From Alphaproteobacteria bacterium (GTDB lineage Bacteria; Pseudomonadota; Alphaproteobacteria; JAAXGF01): 64,000 nt of DNA. The stretch is taken from contig CAUVXB020000002.1 of the NCBI GenBank assembly GCA_963555825.3, forward strand, positions 32,001 through 96,000. The letters run 5' to 3'. Every line of letters begins with the position of its first letter. Within the stretch, counting starts at the first letter, position 1. A program made the translations under genes and the position numbers. Below, one piece after another: positions 1 through 10,034 of this stretch. The notes under the pieces were generated by a model. The model was not told the DNA's origin, did not search any database, and was given only the letters and a program-made list of their open reading frames with translations.

Positions 1-384
1 TGCTTGCGAACGGTGCCCAGTCGATACTCATCGTTCCTCGGCCCTAACATCGACCCCAGATCAATCAGGTATTCGTCCCGCCATCCGCACAGCACGGCTT
101 CATTCATTTAAAATCTCCATGAATGCCCTTTCTGCGCTTTCGTTCGGAAGAGAAAAGTTGCGACCATCCTCTTCCACGAAAGTCTCCCGCATAAACTTTT
201 CCAGCTCGATCAGATTGTGCAGAGGGCGGGGACGTTCCTTCTCCCCACTCATTTCCCACGCTTCAAGGGCTACCAGCATTCGCGCCCTCAAAAGGAACCC
301 AGAAGTGATTGGTGCTTGCATCACAAAGCGCTTTCGGCCATCGTTGACAACCGAATTGGCCGCTTCGCCGGTCTGCCAACCAGC

Positions 385-481
385 GGGGCGCTCCTACGAT
401 ATCGTTGCGCTCGATCAGATGCAGTCAATCGTTGATGGGATGGTCGGGAAGAGGCTAAGGTATCGTGACTTGATCAGTTAG
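385..481 (+). pseudogene. IS1595-family transposase C-terminal remnant
   Basis: GKRLRYRDLI motif; the upstream part of the ORF does not look like transposase. Confidence 0.55.
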
Positions 482-699
482 GCGCCCGCGCTCCAGCCTG
501 CCAAACACCGCGCGGCGCGCCCCTCGGCTAAAACGAAATTAGCCGAGAGGCATTGGTATGTCTACTCTAAATCGGGATACTTCCGAATCTCGACACCAAG
601 CCCTCGCGCGCGAACTATCCGAACTCCGCGGCGAATTTCATGGCTTCCGTGACGAGGTTCGCGGGCGCTTAGAAGGGCGCAACCAGCGGAGTGAACGCA

Positions 700-864
700 A
701 TGACAACCCAGCCAAAGCAGAAGCCGGTCGTCCGCGTGCGGCCGCACACCTACCAGCCGAGCAAGGCCGAACTCGATGAAGAAGTGAGGCTTGACGCAAC
801 GCCAGAAGAGCTAGCGCGCGCCGTCCTGCAGCCGGTCCAGATCGTCGAAGACCACGACGCTTGA
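700..864 (+). CDS. Small hypothetical passenger protein (54 aa, MTTQPKQKPVVRVRPHTYQPSKAELDEEVRLDATPEELARAVL...)
   Basis: Clean ATG-TGA ORF with a GGAG RBS, just inside the IS end; below the ORF-track cut-off. Confidence 0.5.
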   Translation: MTTQPKQKPVVRVRPHTYQPSKAELDEEVRLDATPEELARAVLQPVQIVEDHDA

Positions 865-890
865 TCGGGCTGGTGACTTTCGTATATAAT

Positions 891-1131
891 TCCCTTTGTC
901 AGTCAGGTCGCCGAGCACCTTCCGCAACACATCGGTATCGCCCGGCTCTTCAAAATTGGCGATCACGACCTGCTTGGCGTAGGCTTCGGCATCCGCGCCT
1001 GAAATGCCCATTTGCTCCGCTGCCCACAGGCCGAGCAGCTTGTTGCGCCGCGCGATGGTCTTGAACTGGAACTCCTGATCATGCGCGAACTTGGCTTCGG
1101 CGGCTGTTTTGCGGTCATCAAAGGCGGTCAT
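891..1131 (-). pseudogene. DUF1476 / F1Fo-ATPase inhibitor zeta subunit, copy 1, 3'-truncated by IS
   Basis: MTAFDDRK..E.KFAHDQEFQFK..ARRNKLLGLWAAE..EEPGD.DVLRKV..DL; the C-terminal helix present in copy 2 is replaced by IS sequence. Confidence 0.85.
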
Positions 1132-1463
1132 CGACTGAGCTCCTCAACTTCAGAAGACGGGGTCGGCGCTTTATCCGCCCTTTCATTCTTGTATGCGATG
1201 AAGCCCGACGCGCCTTTGCCTTTGGCGCGGCGCAGTGTGTAGCGATAATTCCCGAGATTGAACTTCGAGTCATTCTCAAAGCCTGCGAGAGCCTCAACGA
1301 TCTTCATCGCCACGGGATTTGGCTTGCTCCTGGCTTGTAAGGCAGCCTCGCGCTCCAGCCACCTTGCGAAGACCTCTTCGGCGAGGTCGTCACCGACAGA
1401 TTTCCGAAGCGCGTTCAATTTTCTCACCAGACCTTTGGTGAGCCCGGTCTCATCGATAGCCAT
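1128..1463 (-). CDS. Hypothetical protein (111 aa), translationally coupled to the zeta gene
   Basis: GAGGGG RBS, 4-bp overlap with the zeta start, reading frame conserved in the second copy. Confidence 0.8.
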   Translation of the reverse strand: MAIDETGLTKGLVRKLNALRKSVGDDLAEEVFARWLEREAALQARSKPNPVAMKIVEALAGFENDSKFNLGNYRYTLRRAKGKGASGFIAYKNERADKAPTPSSEVEELSR

Positions 1464-1659
1464 TTCTTAAACCCCTCATTTCAAGCCTCTTATACTGTCC
1501 CGTGGCCCGGATGGTGCAACTGATTGCCATTGTTACACGGCAGCTTGCCGTTTCCCTTTTCACGTCGTTCACCTTGAACCGATGTGCTGGATGTATTCTA
1601 CCGCCAAACCAAGTTAATCGCCGCCGGCGCCGACAAGGGAAATTTACAGGCATTGCCTG

Positions 1660-1944
1660 ATGTTCACCGTAGTCACCCCCACGACGAGCCTTAGCCTCGA
1701 CGCGCATTTCATAAAGCGCCCGGCGGCGACATTCTTTGTCACGGTCGAGGGCGGCGGCATGGCCGAACACGGGATCCTTGCCGGCGATACCCTGATCGTC
1801 GATCGTTCACGTACACCAGGCACGGGTTCCATCGTCATCGCGGCAATCGAGGGCGAGTTGACCGCCCGTCCCTTCGCCGCCCTCGATGGCGAGGAGGCCC
1901 ATGTCTGGGGCGTCGTTGCCGGTGTGGTGCGGAGCCTGCCATGA
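1660..1944 (+). CDS. umuD: UmuD'-like S24-family protein lacking the N-terminal arm and the catalytic Ser/Lys
   Basis: P.ATFFV.V.G..M...GI..GD.LIVDRS....GSIVIAA.EGELT..VWGVV; ATGA overlap with umuC. Confidence 0.8.
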   Translation: MFTVVTPTTSLSLDAHFIKRPAATFFVTVEGGGMAEHGILAGDTLIVDRSRTPGTGSIVIAAIEGELTARPFAALDGEEAHVWGVVAGVVRSLP

Positions 1945-3209
1945 GCATCTACGGACTGGCCGATTGTAATAACTTCTTCGTTTCCTGCGAGCGAGTCTTC
2001 CGGCCAGCCCTCGAAGGCCGTCCCGCCGTCGTCCTGTCGTCGAACGACGGCTGCATCGTCGCGCGCAGCGACGAGGCCAAGGCGCTCGGCGTCAAGATGG
2101 CGCAGCCGGCGTTCCAGGCGAAAGACCTCATCGAGCGGCACAGCATTGCCGTCATCAGCGGCAACCTCCAGTTCTATACCGACATGAGCAACCGGGTGAT
2201 GCAGGTCTTCGGGGAACTCGTCCCGGCGGTGGAGAAATACTCGATCGACGAATGTTTTCTCGATCTCACGGGAATGCCGCAAGAGCTCACTGCATTCTGC
2301 CAGGGACTGAAACATACCGTGCGGCAATGGACCGGGCTGCCGATCAGCATCGGCATCGCCGAGACCAAGACCCTTGCCAAGATAGCCAACCGTCTCGCGA
2401 AGACCTCCGCCAAAACGAACGGTGTTCTCGATCTCACCGGTGAGCGCTGGCGCGACAGGGCGCTGGCGTCAACTGAAGTCGGCAATATCTGGGGGATCGG
2501 CAGGCAGTACGCTCAAAAACTCAACCGCAACGGCATCATGACGGCCCTCGATCTGACGAGCCGTCCCGATGGTTGGATCCGCAAGGAGATGGGCGTCGGC
2601 GGGCTGAAGACGGTGCGGGAATTGCGCGGCGAGGACTGTATAGGCTTCGATGACATGCCCCAGCCCAAGCAGACGACGATGGTCTCGCGGTCCTTCGGCA
2701 CGGAAGTGCGCGACTACGACGAGTTGGCCAATGCGATCACCATGTTCGCGACCGATGCAGCGCGCTCCCTTCGCAGGGCCAATCTCGTCTCAACCACGGT
2801 GAGCGTGTTCATCGAGACCAACCGTTACGGCAAGAGCCTGCACTATGCTCCGTCCCGCTCAGAGGCGCTTTCGCCAGCGACCAATAACACGAGGCATGTC
2901 GTGCGAGCCGCGCTGGCCGCTCTGAAGCACATCTATCGCGAGGGGGTGGCGTACAAGCGCGCCGGGGTGATGCTGCTCGACCTCGTCGAGGCCGGGCAAG
3001 CACAAGTTTCTCTATTCGATACGCAGGATCCAAGGGACGACAAGCTGATCGAGGCATTCGACGCCATCAACGACCGGCTGGGGCCGGGAGCGATCCAATT
3101 CGGCCCCGCGGCGCAGGCCGCGGCCTGGCGATCGAGCAGCGCCTTCCGCTCGCCCAGCTACACAACCCGTTGGGAAGACATCCCGAGAGCTATGTCCGAA
3201 AGTTGGTGA
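1941..3209 (+). CDS. umuC: Y-family DNA polymerase V catalytic subunit, copy 1
   Basis: DCNNFFVSCERVFRP, LSSNDGC, YSIDECF, C-terminal SP.YTTRW; last codons altered by an IS256 end. Confidence 0.95.
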   Translation: MSIYGLADCNNFFVSCERVFRPALEGRPAVVLSSNDGCIVARSDEAKALGVKMAQPAFQAKDLIERHSIAVISGNLQFYTDMSNRVMQVFGELVPAVEKYSIDECFLDLTGMPQELTAFCQGLKHTVRQWTGLPISIGIAETKTLAKIANRLAKTSAKTNGVLDLTGERWRDRALASTEVGNIWGIGRQYAQKLNRNGIMTALDLTSRPDGWIRKEMGVGGLKTVRELRGEDCIGFDDMPQPKQTTMVSRSFGTEVRDYDELANAITMFATDAARSLRRANLVSTTVSVFIETNRYGKSLHYAPSRSEALSPATNNTRHVVRAALAALKHIYREGVAYKRAGVMLLDLVEAGQAQVSLFDTQDPRDDKLIEAFDAINDRLGPGAIQFGPAAQAAAWRSSSAFRSPSYTTRWEDIPRAMSESW

Positions 3210-3375
3210 CGGAGCTATCAGGCGGCGTGTTTGGTTATCTTGATTCCGTCCTTGAACGGCACTCCTTCGACGAGTTCGGCGAGTTGATTTGATCCGTCCA
3301 GCTTCCGCCATTTCCGCCTGGCACTCAAGATCAGTTTGAAGGCCATGGCGAGCGCCGTCTTGCGGCTCAGGCACC
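3187..3375 (-). mobile_element. IS256-family right-end remnant
   Basis: Minus-strand peptide CLSRKTALAMAFKLILSARRKWRKLDGSNQLAELVEGVPFKDGI..AA* is typical of IS256 C-termini; it starts exactly where the two umuC copies diverge. Confidence 0.75.
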
Positions 3376-4535
3376 TGTGCCTCCCATTTATCTCATCCGG
3401 GGTGCATCAAGAACGCCGACCGGTCCGCCGGCACTGGTGATGGCACCATCTTCGCTGTGAGGCGGGCATAGTCATCTTCGGAAACGACGCCCACATCGAT
3501 CGGCAACCGGCTTGGGGGGCCTTGCCATAGTAAGACGGATTGCTGAGGTTACGGCGACCCCGACGGCGTCAGAATCATCGCCGCAAGCCGATTATACGAT
3601 AGCCGGTGCCAGTCAGGCCGCCAACCGCTGGTACCGATGATGCAGCCCGCCGACCTGTGGAAACGCCACGATCTTCCCGGCGCCAGCCGGCTGAACCGAT
3701 CGCCGTTCAGGGGTATCCTTGCCTAGCGCCAGGTGCGTGCGGGATCGCTGGTAGTAGTCGATGTACGACAAGAGTATCGCCCGCAGATGCCGTTCGTTTA
3801 GAACGATCACGTGATCCAGACACTCTCGCCTGATGGACCCGATCACGCGCTCAACGTACGGCGACTGCCACGGCGATCGCGGCGCCGTCACGACCTCTTC
3901 GATGCCCATCGCCTTTATCCGCGAACGAAAGGCAATACCGTACACACGATCCCGATCTCGGATCATATACCGTGGTGCTGTCTCCCACGGAAAGGCCTCC
4001 CGGATCTGTTGCGCGACCCACGCCGCAGTCGGGTGTGCCGTGGTGCCGATGTGAACAATCCGCCGACGCTCGTGCCGCAGCACAACGAGCACGAATAGAA
4101 GACTGAACGTCGCGGTGGGTACGACGAAGAAGTCGGTCGACGCTAGGCACCCGACGTGGTTCTCGAGGAACGTCCGCCATGTCTGCGAAGGTGGCTTTGG
4201 ATGGCGCGGCATGTACTTGGACACGGCCGCCTCGGAGACCTCGAAGCCGAGCATCCTGAGCTCACCGTGGATTCGGGGAGCGCCCCACAACGGATTCTCC
4301 CGAGACATCCGGCGGATAAGCCCTCGGAATTCGCTCGACACGGGCGGTCGTCCCGGCTTCCCCCGTCGCGACTTCCGGGTCCAGAAACGTCGGAAGCCCT
4401 TTCGATGCCAGCCGATAACCGTCTCCGGCTTGACGATCACCAGGATCTCCCTCCAACCCGACCACAGCCGAGACAGGACGACCCAGAAAAGGCGATCGGC
4501 CATCCGAAGCGATGGCCTGGCTCCTTTCCGATCTA
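3376..4535 (-). mobile_element. IS481-like element (rve/DDE transposase), inverted, 5'-truncated by IS630
   Basis: Reverse complement of the 3' part of 10035-11372; terminal TGTGCCTCCCATTTATC. Confidence 0.85.
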
Positions 4536-4536
4536 A

Positions 4537-5711
4537 TACCAGTGAGCGCCTGAATTGACTCTCGGGATATTCATTGATGGCGGATGATGGCGGATTGTGA
4601 TTCTATGGTCTCCCACCAGATGTGGGGGATGTCATGGGATCAGCACTCAAGATACGGGATGATTTGACGCCTTTGGAGCTTCGGCGCTGGGCTCGCGTGG
4701 AATCGTACGGTCGAGCGGCGGCGCGGGCCTATGGGATCGCGAATGCTTTGGAGGAGATGCCCCGGGCTGATGCCGCGCGGCTTGCGGGGATGGATCGCCA
4801 AACGCTTCGCGACGCGGTTGTTCGTTACAATGCAAAGGGATTGGAGGGGCTTCACGACCGTCCAAAGGGCTACTCGCCGCGGCGGCTGACGGCAGACGAG
4901 GAAGCGGCGCTGGCGGCGGTCATCATCGCCGGGCCGGAGCCTGAGCGCGACGGGGTTTGCGCCTGGACCCGGGCCGATCTGTGCCGCTGGCTGGAGGAGC
5001 GCTTCGCCAAGACCTACCACCCCTCGAGCATGACCCGGGTTCTACGGCGGATGGGATTTTCCCGCCAGAAGGCGCGCCCGAGCCACCCGCGAAGGGACGC
5101 CGAAGCGCAGGAGCGCTTCAAAAAAGGGGGCTTCGCGACATCCTGAAGGCGACCGCCGCGGCGCATCCCGACAAGCGCCTACAGCTGTGGTTTCAGGATG
5201 AAGCGCGCGTCGGCAACAAGGGCCGGGTGTGTCACCGGTGGTGGCGCAGGGGCGAGCGTGCCCCCGGGACGCGTCAAATCGGCTACCAGTGGGCCTACAT
5301 CTTCTCCGCCGTGCGCCCGGACACCGGCGACGACGTCACCCTGGTGATGCCGAGCGTCAACGCCAAGGTCATGGACCTGTTTCTCGCACACTTCGCCGAT
5401 ACCCTGGACCAGGATGCGCACGCCGTCATGATGTGCGACGGCGCCGGTTGGCACGACGAGCGCGCCCTCACCGTCCCCGACAACGTCACCTTGGCGCTGT
5501 TGCCGCCTTACAGTCCCGAACTCAACCCCGTCGAGCGGGTTTGGCTCTACCTACGCGAACGCTTCCTATCGCTCCGCGTCCTCGACGACACCGAGGCCAT
5601 CATCGACGCCTGTTGCCAAGCATGGATCGACCTCATCGCAGAACCGGATCGTATGCGAACCCTCTGCGCCTATCCATGGATCATGAAGGTGATTTCATAG
5701 GCTCACTGGTA
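4537..5711 (+). mobile_element. IS630-family element; transposase 4634-5700 made via a -1 frameshift
   Basis: IRs TACCAGTGAGC...GCTCACTGGTA; HTH orfA plus DDE orfB (FQDEARVG, CDGAGWH, PPYSPELNPVE); slippery AAAAAAGGGGG at 5120-5130. Confidence 0.92.
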
Positions 5712-5747
5712 TAACACCGCGGCGCAGTCGGTTAGCCCATTCGCCCG

Positions 5748-7112
5748 CTATGACGCTGCAGCGCGCCTGTAAATCACGATCCTTCGAACTACTTCCAAAT
5801 TCATCACCAATGCAACGACACCCAGGGTGAATAATGGCTGGTTCAGGATGGCGCCAAGGAAGATGACGAACACCCGAACGTCACGGCCCAGCCGGACGTA
5901 TGAGACGCCTCGCAACCTTTGAGCCATCAGCCCGTCGTACTTGTCCGCCGTATAGCTGTTTAGGAACGACCCGACAATTGCCGCGAACCCCAGCACGACG
6001 GACAGGGTTGTGCCGGTCGCAGCGAATTCGTGCCACATCAGGCCGAACAACAGGGCGGCGTCGGCATACCGATCGAGGACCGCGTCGAACCAGCCGCCGA
6101 ACTCGCTCTGGGAATGCTTCAGCCGGGCGATCTCGCCATCGCAACCGTCGATGATCGAGGCCAGTTGCGCCAGCACGCCACCGGCGGCCAGGGCGGGATA
6201 GCCGCCCAATGCCATCAACCCCGCAGCACTGCAGGACAGTATCCACGAGGCCAGGGAGACTTGGTTGGGCGTCACCGCCGTGCGTACCAGATAGCGGCTG
6301 AGCCATCGGGAAACCGGGCGGTTGAGATGGCGCGACACCGGCCCGTCCCGGGTCTTGCGGCCCTGGTCGCGCATCAGACGTCGTTCGGCTTCACGCAAGG
6401 CGTCGGGCGTGTCCACGTCGAGCCACCGCATTCCAGTCACGTCGACGGTTCTCGCCCGCCCCTCGCGCGCCAGTTCCCTGAGCCCGTCGGAAAGCCCGTG
6501 CTTGTTGCTTGCCGCCGCGCGCTCGAGACCTTCGAACAGGCCGGTCGTGCAAAGCATGACCCCGGTGTCGCCGGCATCCCAATCGTCGAGGTTCTTCTCG
6601 ATTTCCTTAATGCGTCCGTCGTCGATCTTGACCCGGGTGACATCGTCGAGATCGAAGATGGCGCCTTTGTCGCGGTCCACGGCGAGGCGAAGTTCGCCCA
6701 CTGCCGGCGGGTCGTTGGCCAGGGCCCGTGCGATTGCGGGATTGAACAGATGATCGATCATGACCAGGAAGAAGGGCGCCTCGCCGGTGCGACCCTTGGC
6801 CGCCAGGGCGCTGGCGCCGTTGCCCTGCTCCCAGCCCTCGGCTTCGATGAAGTCGATCGTGACGCCGCGACGCCGGGCGATGCCGGAAAAATGCTCCTTC
6901 ACTGATTCGGCCTCATGACCCAGAGTGACGAGGACCCGCCGGACGCCTGCGTCCAGCAACGTGCAGACGACCCGTTCGGCGAGGCTCAGTCCGAGCACCT
7001 TGATCAGGGGCTTCGGTGTCGTGGTTTGCGGAAATAGGCGTGACCCAAGTCCAGCAGCAAGCATCACCGCAACCTCCGGGGTCGCTATCTGGTCGTTAGT
7101 TCCCACCATCAC
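5748..7112 (-). CDS. Bifunctional NTP-transferase / CDP-alcohol phosphotransferase (IPCT/DIPPS-like)
   Basis: N-terminal LAAGLGSRL..PKPL; C-terminal DGPVSRHLNR, TPNQVS, DGCDGEIAR..G.WFD.VLDR motif with TM helices. Confidence 0.85.
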   Translation of the reverse strand: MMVGTNDQIATPEVAVMLAAGLGSRLFPQTTTPKPLIKVLGLSLAERVVCTLLDAGVRRVLVTLGHEAESVKEHFSGIARRRGVTIDFIEAEGWEQGNGASALAAKGRTGEAPFFLVMIDHLFNPAIARALANDPPAVGELRLAVDRDKGAIFDLDDVTRVKIDDGRIKEIEKNLDDWDAGDTGVMLCTTGLFEGLERAAASNKHGLSDGLRELAREGRARTVDVTGMRWLDVDTPDALREAERRLMRDQGRKTRDGPVSRHLNRPVSRWLSRYLVRTAVTPNQVSLASWILSCSAAGLMALGGYPALAAGGVLAQLASIIDGCDGEIARLKHSQSEFGGWFDAVLDRYADAALLFGLMWHEFAATGTTLSVVLGFAAIVGSFLNSYTADKYDGLMAQRLRGVSYVRLGRDVRVFVIFLGAILNQPLFTLGVVALVMNLEVVRRIVIYRRAAAS

Positions 7113-7171
7113 TCAGACTTCCGATGATTTTGTCGCACGACGCGCGGTTGGCCGGGCCGTCAGATTTGGCA

Positions 7172-8080
7172 TCATTCTTGGCGGTCCGACTCCGCCATGG
7201 CCTCGGCTTCTCTCAGGCGAGCTTGGACCTCTTGCGCGTCGCCCGTGAACGGTCCATGACGTTCCAGTTTGAGCGCCGCCAGGGCAGCCGCGAACCGGCC
7301 GGCGGCTCCGATGTCATCCGATTGCAGCCGGTGAAAGATGTAACCGGCGCTGTAGGTGTCGCCGCAGCCGGTAGGGTCGGCGACAACCTGCGGCGGATAG
7401 GCTGGAATGTCGTAGAGGCGCCCCCCTGCAAGGATAAGAGAACCGTTGCCGCCGAACGTCAAGATGACCTCCTCCGGCCCGAGTTCGACAAGCTTTCGCG
7501 CCGCGCGCTCGGGTTCTTTCTCTCCCGACAGGAATCGGGCCTCGGCGAGGTTCGCCTTCAAGACGTGGACATGAGCGAGCACCTCCCGCTTCTCGGGCCA
7601 GTCGACCAAGCGGACCTTTCCGTTCTCGACCTCTCTGAGAAAGCCTTGAACGTCCAAAAACACGCGACCGTCCCGCTCGGACACCGCTTTCACAAATTCG
7701 GCGGACATTTCGCCATTCGTGAGCGGACCGAGATAAAACGTCTTGGCCCAAACCGGTGGCAGACAGCGGGGGTCGAAAGTATTAGCGATCCGGACTTTCT
7801 GATTCCTGAATTCGAGTCCGTTTCCCGAGTAATTATTCTCAAAGACCGTGGTCGACCGGCTAGCAAGCCAATGGACCTTGACGCCAATTTTCCGCAGCTG
7901 TCCCAGGATCTCGTCGGCATCGACATTTGCCGCTTTGGTGATGACCGCGGTCTTGAGGCCTAGGCTCTGAAGCGCGATCCCCGCGTAGTTGACAACTCCG
8001 CCCGGCATCTCGCTCCCGGGCCGTCGGTTAAATGCGCCAATATCCCTTGTGACGTGGCCAATTATGCAGACATCGTACAT
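7172..8080 (-). CDS. PfkB/ribokinase-family sugar kinase (possible myo-inositol kinase)
   Basis: IGHVTRD, PGGVVNY, KANLAEA, DPTGCGDTYSAG signature; the substrate is inferred from context only. Confidence 0.85.
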   Translation of the reverse strand: MYDVCIIGHVTRDIGAFNRRPGSEMPGGVVNYAGIALQSLGLKTAVITKAANVDADEILGQLRKIGVKVHWLASRSTTVFENNYSGNGLEFRNQKVRIANTFDPRCLPPVWAKTFYLGPLTNGEMSAEFVKAVSERDGRVFLDVQGFLREVENGKVRLVDWPEKREVLAHVHVLKANLAEARFLSGEKEPERAARKLVELGPEEVILTFGGNGSLILAGGRLYDIPAYPPQVVADPTGCGDTYSAGYIFHRLQSDDIGAAGRFAAALAALKLERHGPFTGDAQEVQARLREAEAMAESDRQE

Positions 8081-8126
8081 ATGATATTGAGCCCAGACCG
8101 AGGTCGGTTGGTGTAAATTCTCAGAC

Positions 8127-9124
8127 TGTGGCTCCCATAAATCCTATCTGCCGCAGAAATCCTAGTATTCCCGGCTTGTGCCGGATAGCGTCTCCGACAT
8201 GTGCACGACCATTCGAATTGTCCTTGCCATGGTCCGTGAGGCTTTCCTCAGCCGCGCGGCGTTGCATCTTGAGAACCTTGCCCTGCGACAGCAGCTTGCC
8301 GCCTTAGATCGGAAAGGAGCCAGGCCATCGCTTCGGATGGCCGATCGCCTTTTCTGGGTCGTCCTGTCTCGGCTGTGGTCGGGTTGGAGGGAGATCCTGG
8401 TGATCGTCAAGCCGGAGACGGTTATCGGCTGGCATCGAAAGGGCTTCCGACGTTTCTGGACCCGGAAGTCGCGACGGGGGAAGCCGGGACGACCGCCCGT
8501 GTCGAGCGAATTCCGAGGGCTTATCCGCCGGATGTCTCGGGAGAATCCGTTGTGGGGCGCTCCCCGAATCCACGGTGAGCTCAGGATGCTCGGCTTCGAG
8601 GTCTCCGAGGCGGCCGTGTCCAAGTACATGCCGCGCCATCCAAAGCCACCTTCGCAGACATGGCGGACGTTCCTCGAGAACCACGTCGGGTGCCTAGCGT
8701 CGACCGACTTCTTCGTCGTACCCACCGCGACGTTCAGTCTTCTATTCGTGCTCGTTGTGCTGCGGCACGAGCGTCGGCGGATTGTTCCGGCACCACGGCA
8801 CACCCGACTGCGGCGTGGGTCGCGCAACAGATCCGGGAGGCCTTTCCGTGGGAGACAGCACCACGGTATATGATCCGAGATCGGGATCGTGTGTACGGTA
8901 TTGCCTTTCGTTCGCGGATAAAGGCGATGGGCATCGAAGAGGTCGTGACGGCGCCGCGATCGCCGTGGCAGTCGCCGTACGTTGAGCGCGTGATCGGGTC
9001 CATCAGGCGAGAGTGTCTGGATCACGTGATCGTTCTAAACGAACGGCATCTGCGGGCGATACTCTTGTCGTACATCGACTACTACCAGCGATCCCGCACG
9101 CACCTGGCGCTAGGCAAGGATACC
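8127..9124 (+). mobile_element. IS481-like element, tandem copy A (3'-truncated, 4-bp deletion near 8785)
   Basis: Starts with TGTGGCTCCCATAAATC; matches the complete copy up to ...aaggatacc. Confidence 0.85.
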
Positions 9125-10034
9125 TGTGGCTCCCATAAATCCTATCTGCCGCAGAAATCCTAGTATTCCCGGCTTGTGCCGGATAGCGTCTCCGACATGT
9201 GCACGACCATTCGAATTGTCCTTGCCATGGTCCGTGAGGCTTTCCTCAGCCGCGCGGCGTTGCATCTTGAGAACCTTGCCCTGCGACAGCAGCTTGCCGC
9301 CTTAGATCGGAAAGGAGCCAGGCCATCGCTTCGGATGGCCGATCGCCTTTTCTGGGTCGTCCTGTCTCGGCTGTGGTCGGGTTGGAGGGAGATCCTGGTG
9401 ATCGTCAAGCCGGAGACGGTTATCGGCTGGCATCGAAAGGGCTTCCGACGTTTCTGGACCCGGAAGTCGCGACGGGGGAAGCCGGGACGCCCGCCCGTGT
9501 CGAGCGAATTCCGAGGGCTTATCCGCCGGATGTCTCGGGAGAATCCGTTGTGGGGCGCTCCCCGAATCCACGGTGAGCTCAGGATGCTCGGCTTCGAGGT
9601 CTCCGAGGCGGCCGTGTCCAAGTACATGCCGCGCCATCCAAAGCCACCTTCGCAGACATGGCGGACGTTCCTCGAGAACCACGTCGGGTGCCTAGCGTCG
9701 ACCGACTTCTTCGTCGTACCCACCGCGACGTTCAGTCTTCTATTCGTGCTCGTTGTGCTGCGGCACGAGCGTCGGCGGATTGTTCACATCGGCACCACGG
9801 CACACCCGACTGCGGCGTGGGTCGCGCAACAGATCCGGGAGGCCTTTCCGTGGGAGACAGCACCACGGTATATGATCCGAGATCGGGATCGTGTGTACGG
9901 TATTGCCTTTCGTTCGCGGATAAAGGCGATGGGCATCGAAGAGGTCGTGACGGCGCCGCGATCGCCGTGGCAGTCGCCACGTTCGCCGTCCATCAGGCGA
10001 GAGTGTCTGGATTGATCGCGAACGGTGATCGGGT
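9125..10034 (+). mobile_element. IS481-like element, tandem copy B (3'-truncated, scrambled junction)
   Basis: Same left IR at 9125; sequence becomes garbled at about 9978-10034. Confidence 0.8.

Larger units (their letters stand above)
1..894. mobile_element. Right part of an IS1595-family element with small passenger ORFs, inserted into the zeta-subunit gene
   Basis: Peptide ...DQMQSIVDGMVGKRLRYRDLIS* (ends 481) resembles the IS1595/ISXo2 transposase C-terminus. Homology to the second zeta copy breaks exactly at ...gactttcgtatataattccc (894), a plausible terminal IR. Confidence 0.55.
891..3186 (+). repeat. Direct repeat copy 1 of the zeta-hyp-umuD-umuC module
   Basis: Near-identical to 11745-15220 once the IS630 at 12454-13632 is removed. 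Confidence 0.95.

Noticed and set aside
1464-1670. LexA (SOS) box upstream of umuD
   Set aside because: No GTTC-N7-GTTC or GAAC-N7-GAAC match was found by eye, only a short GTTCA/TGAAC palindrome.
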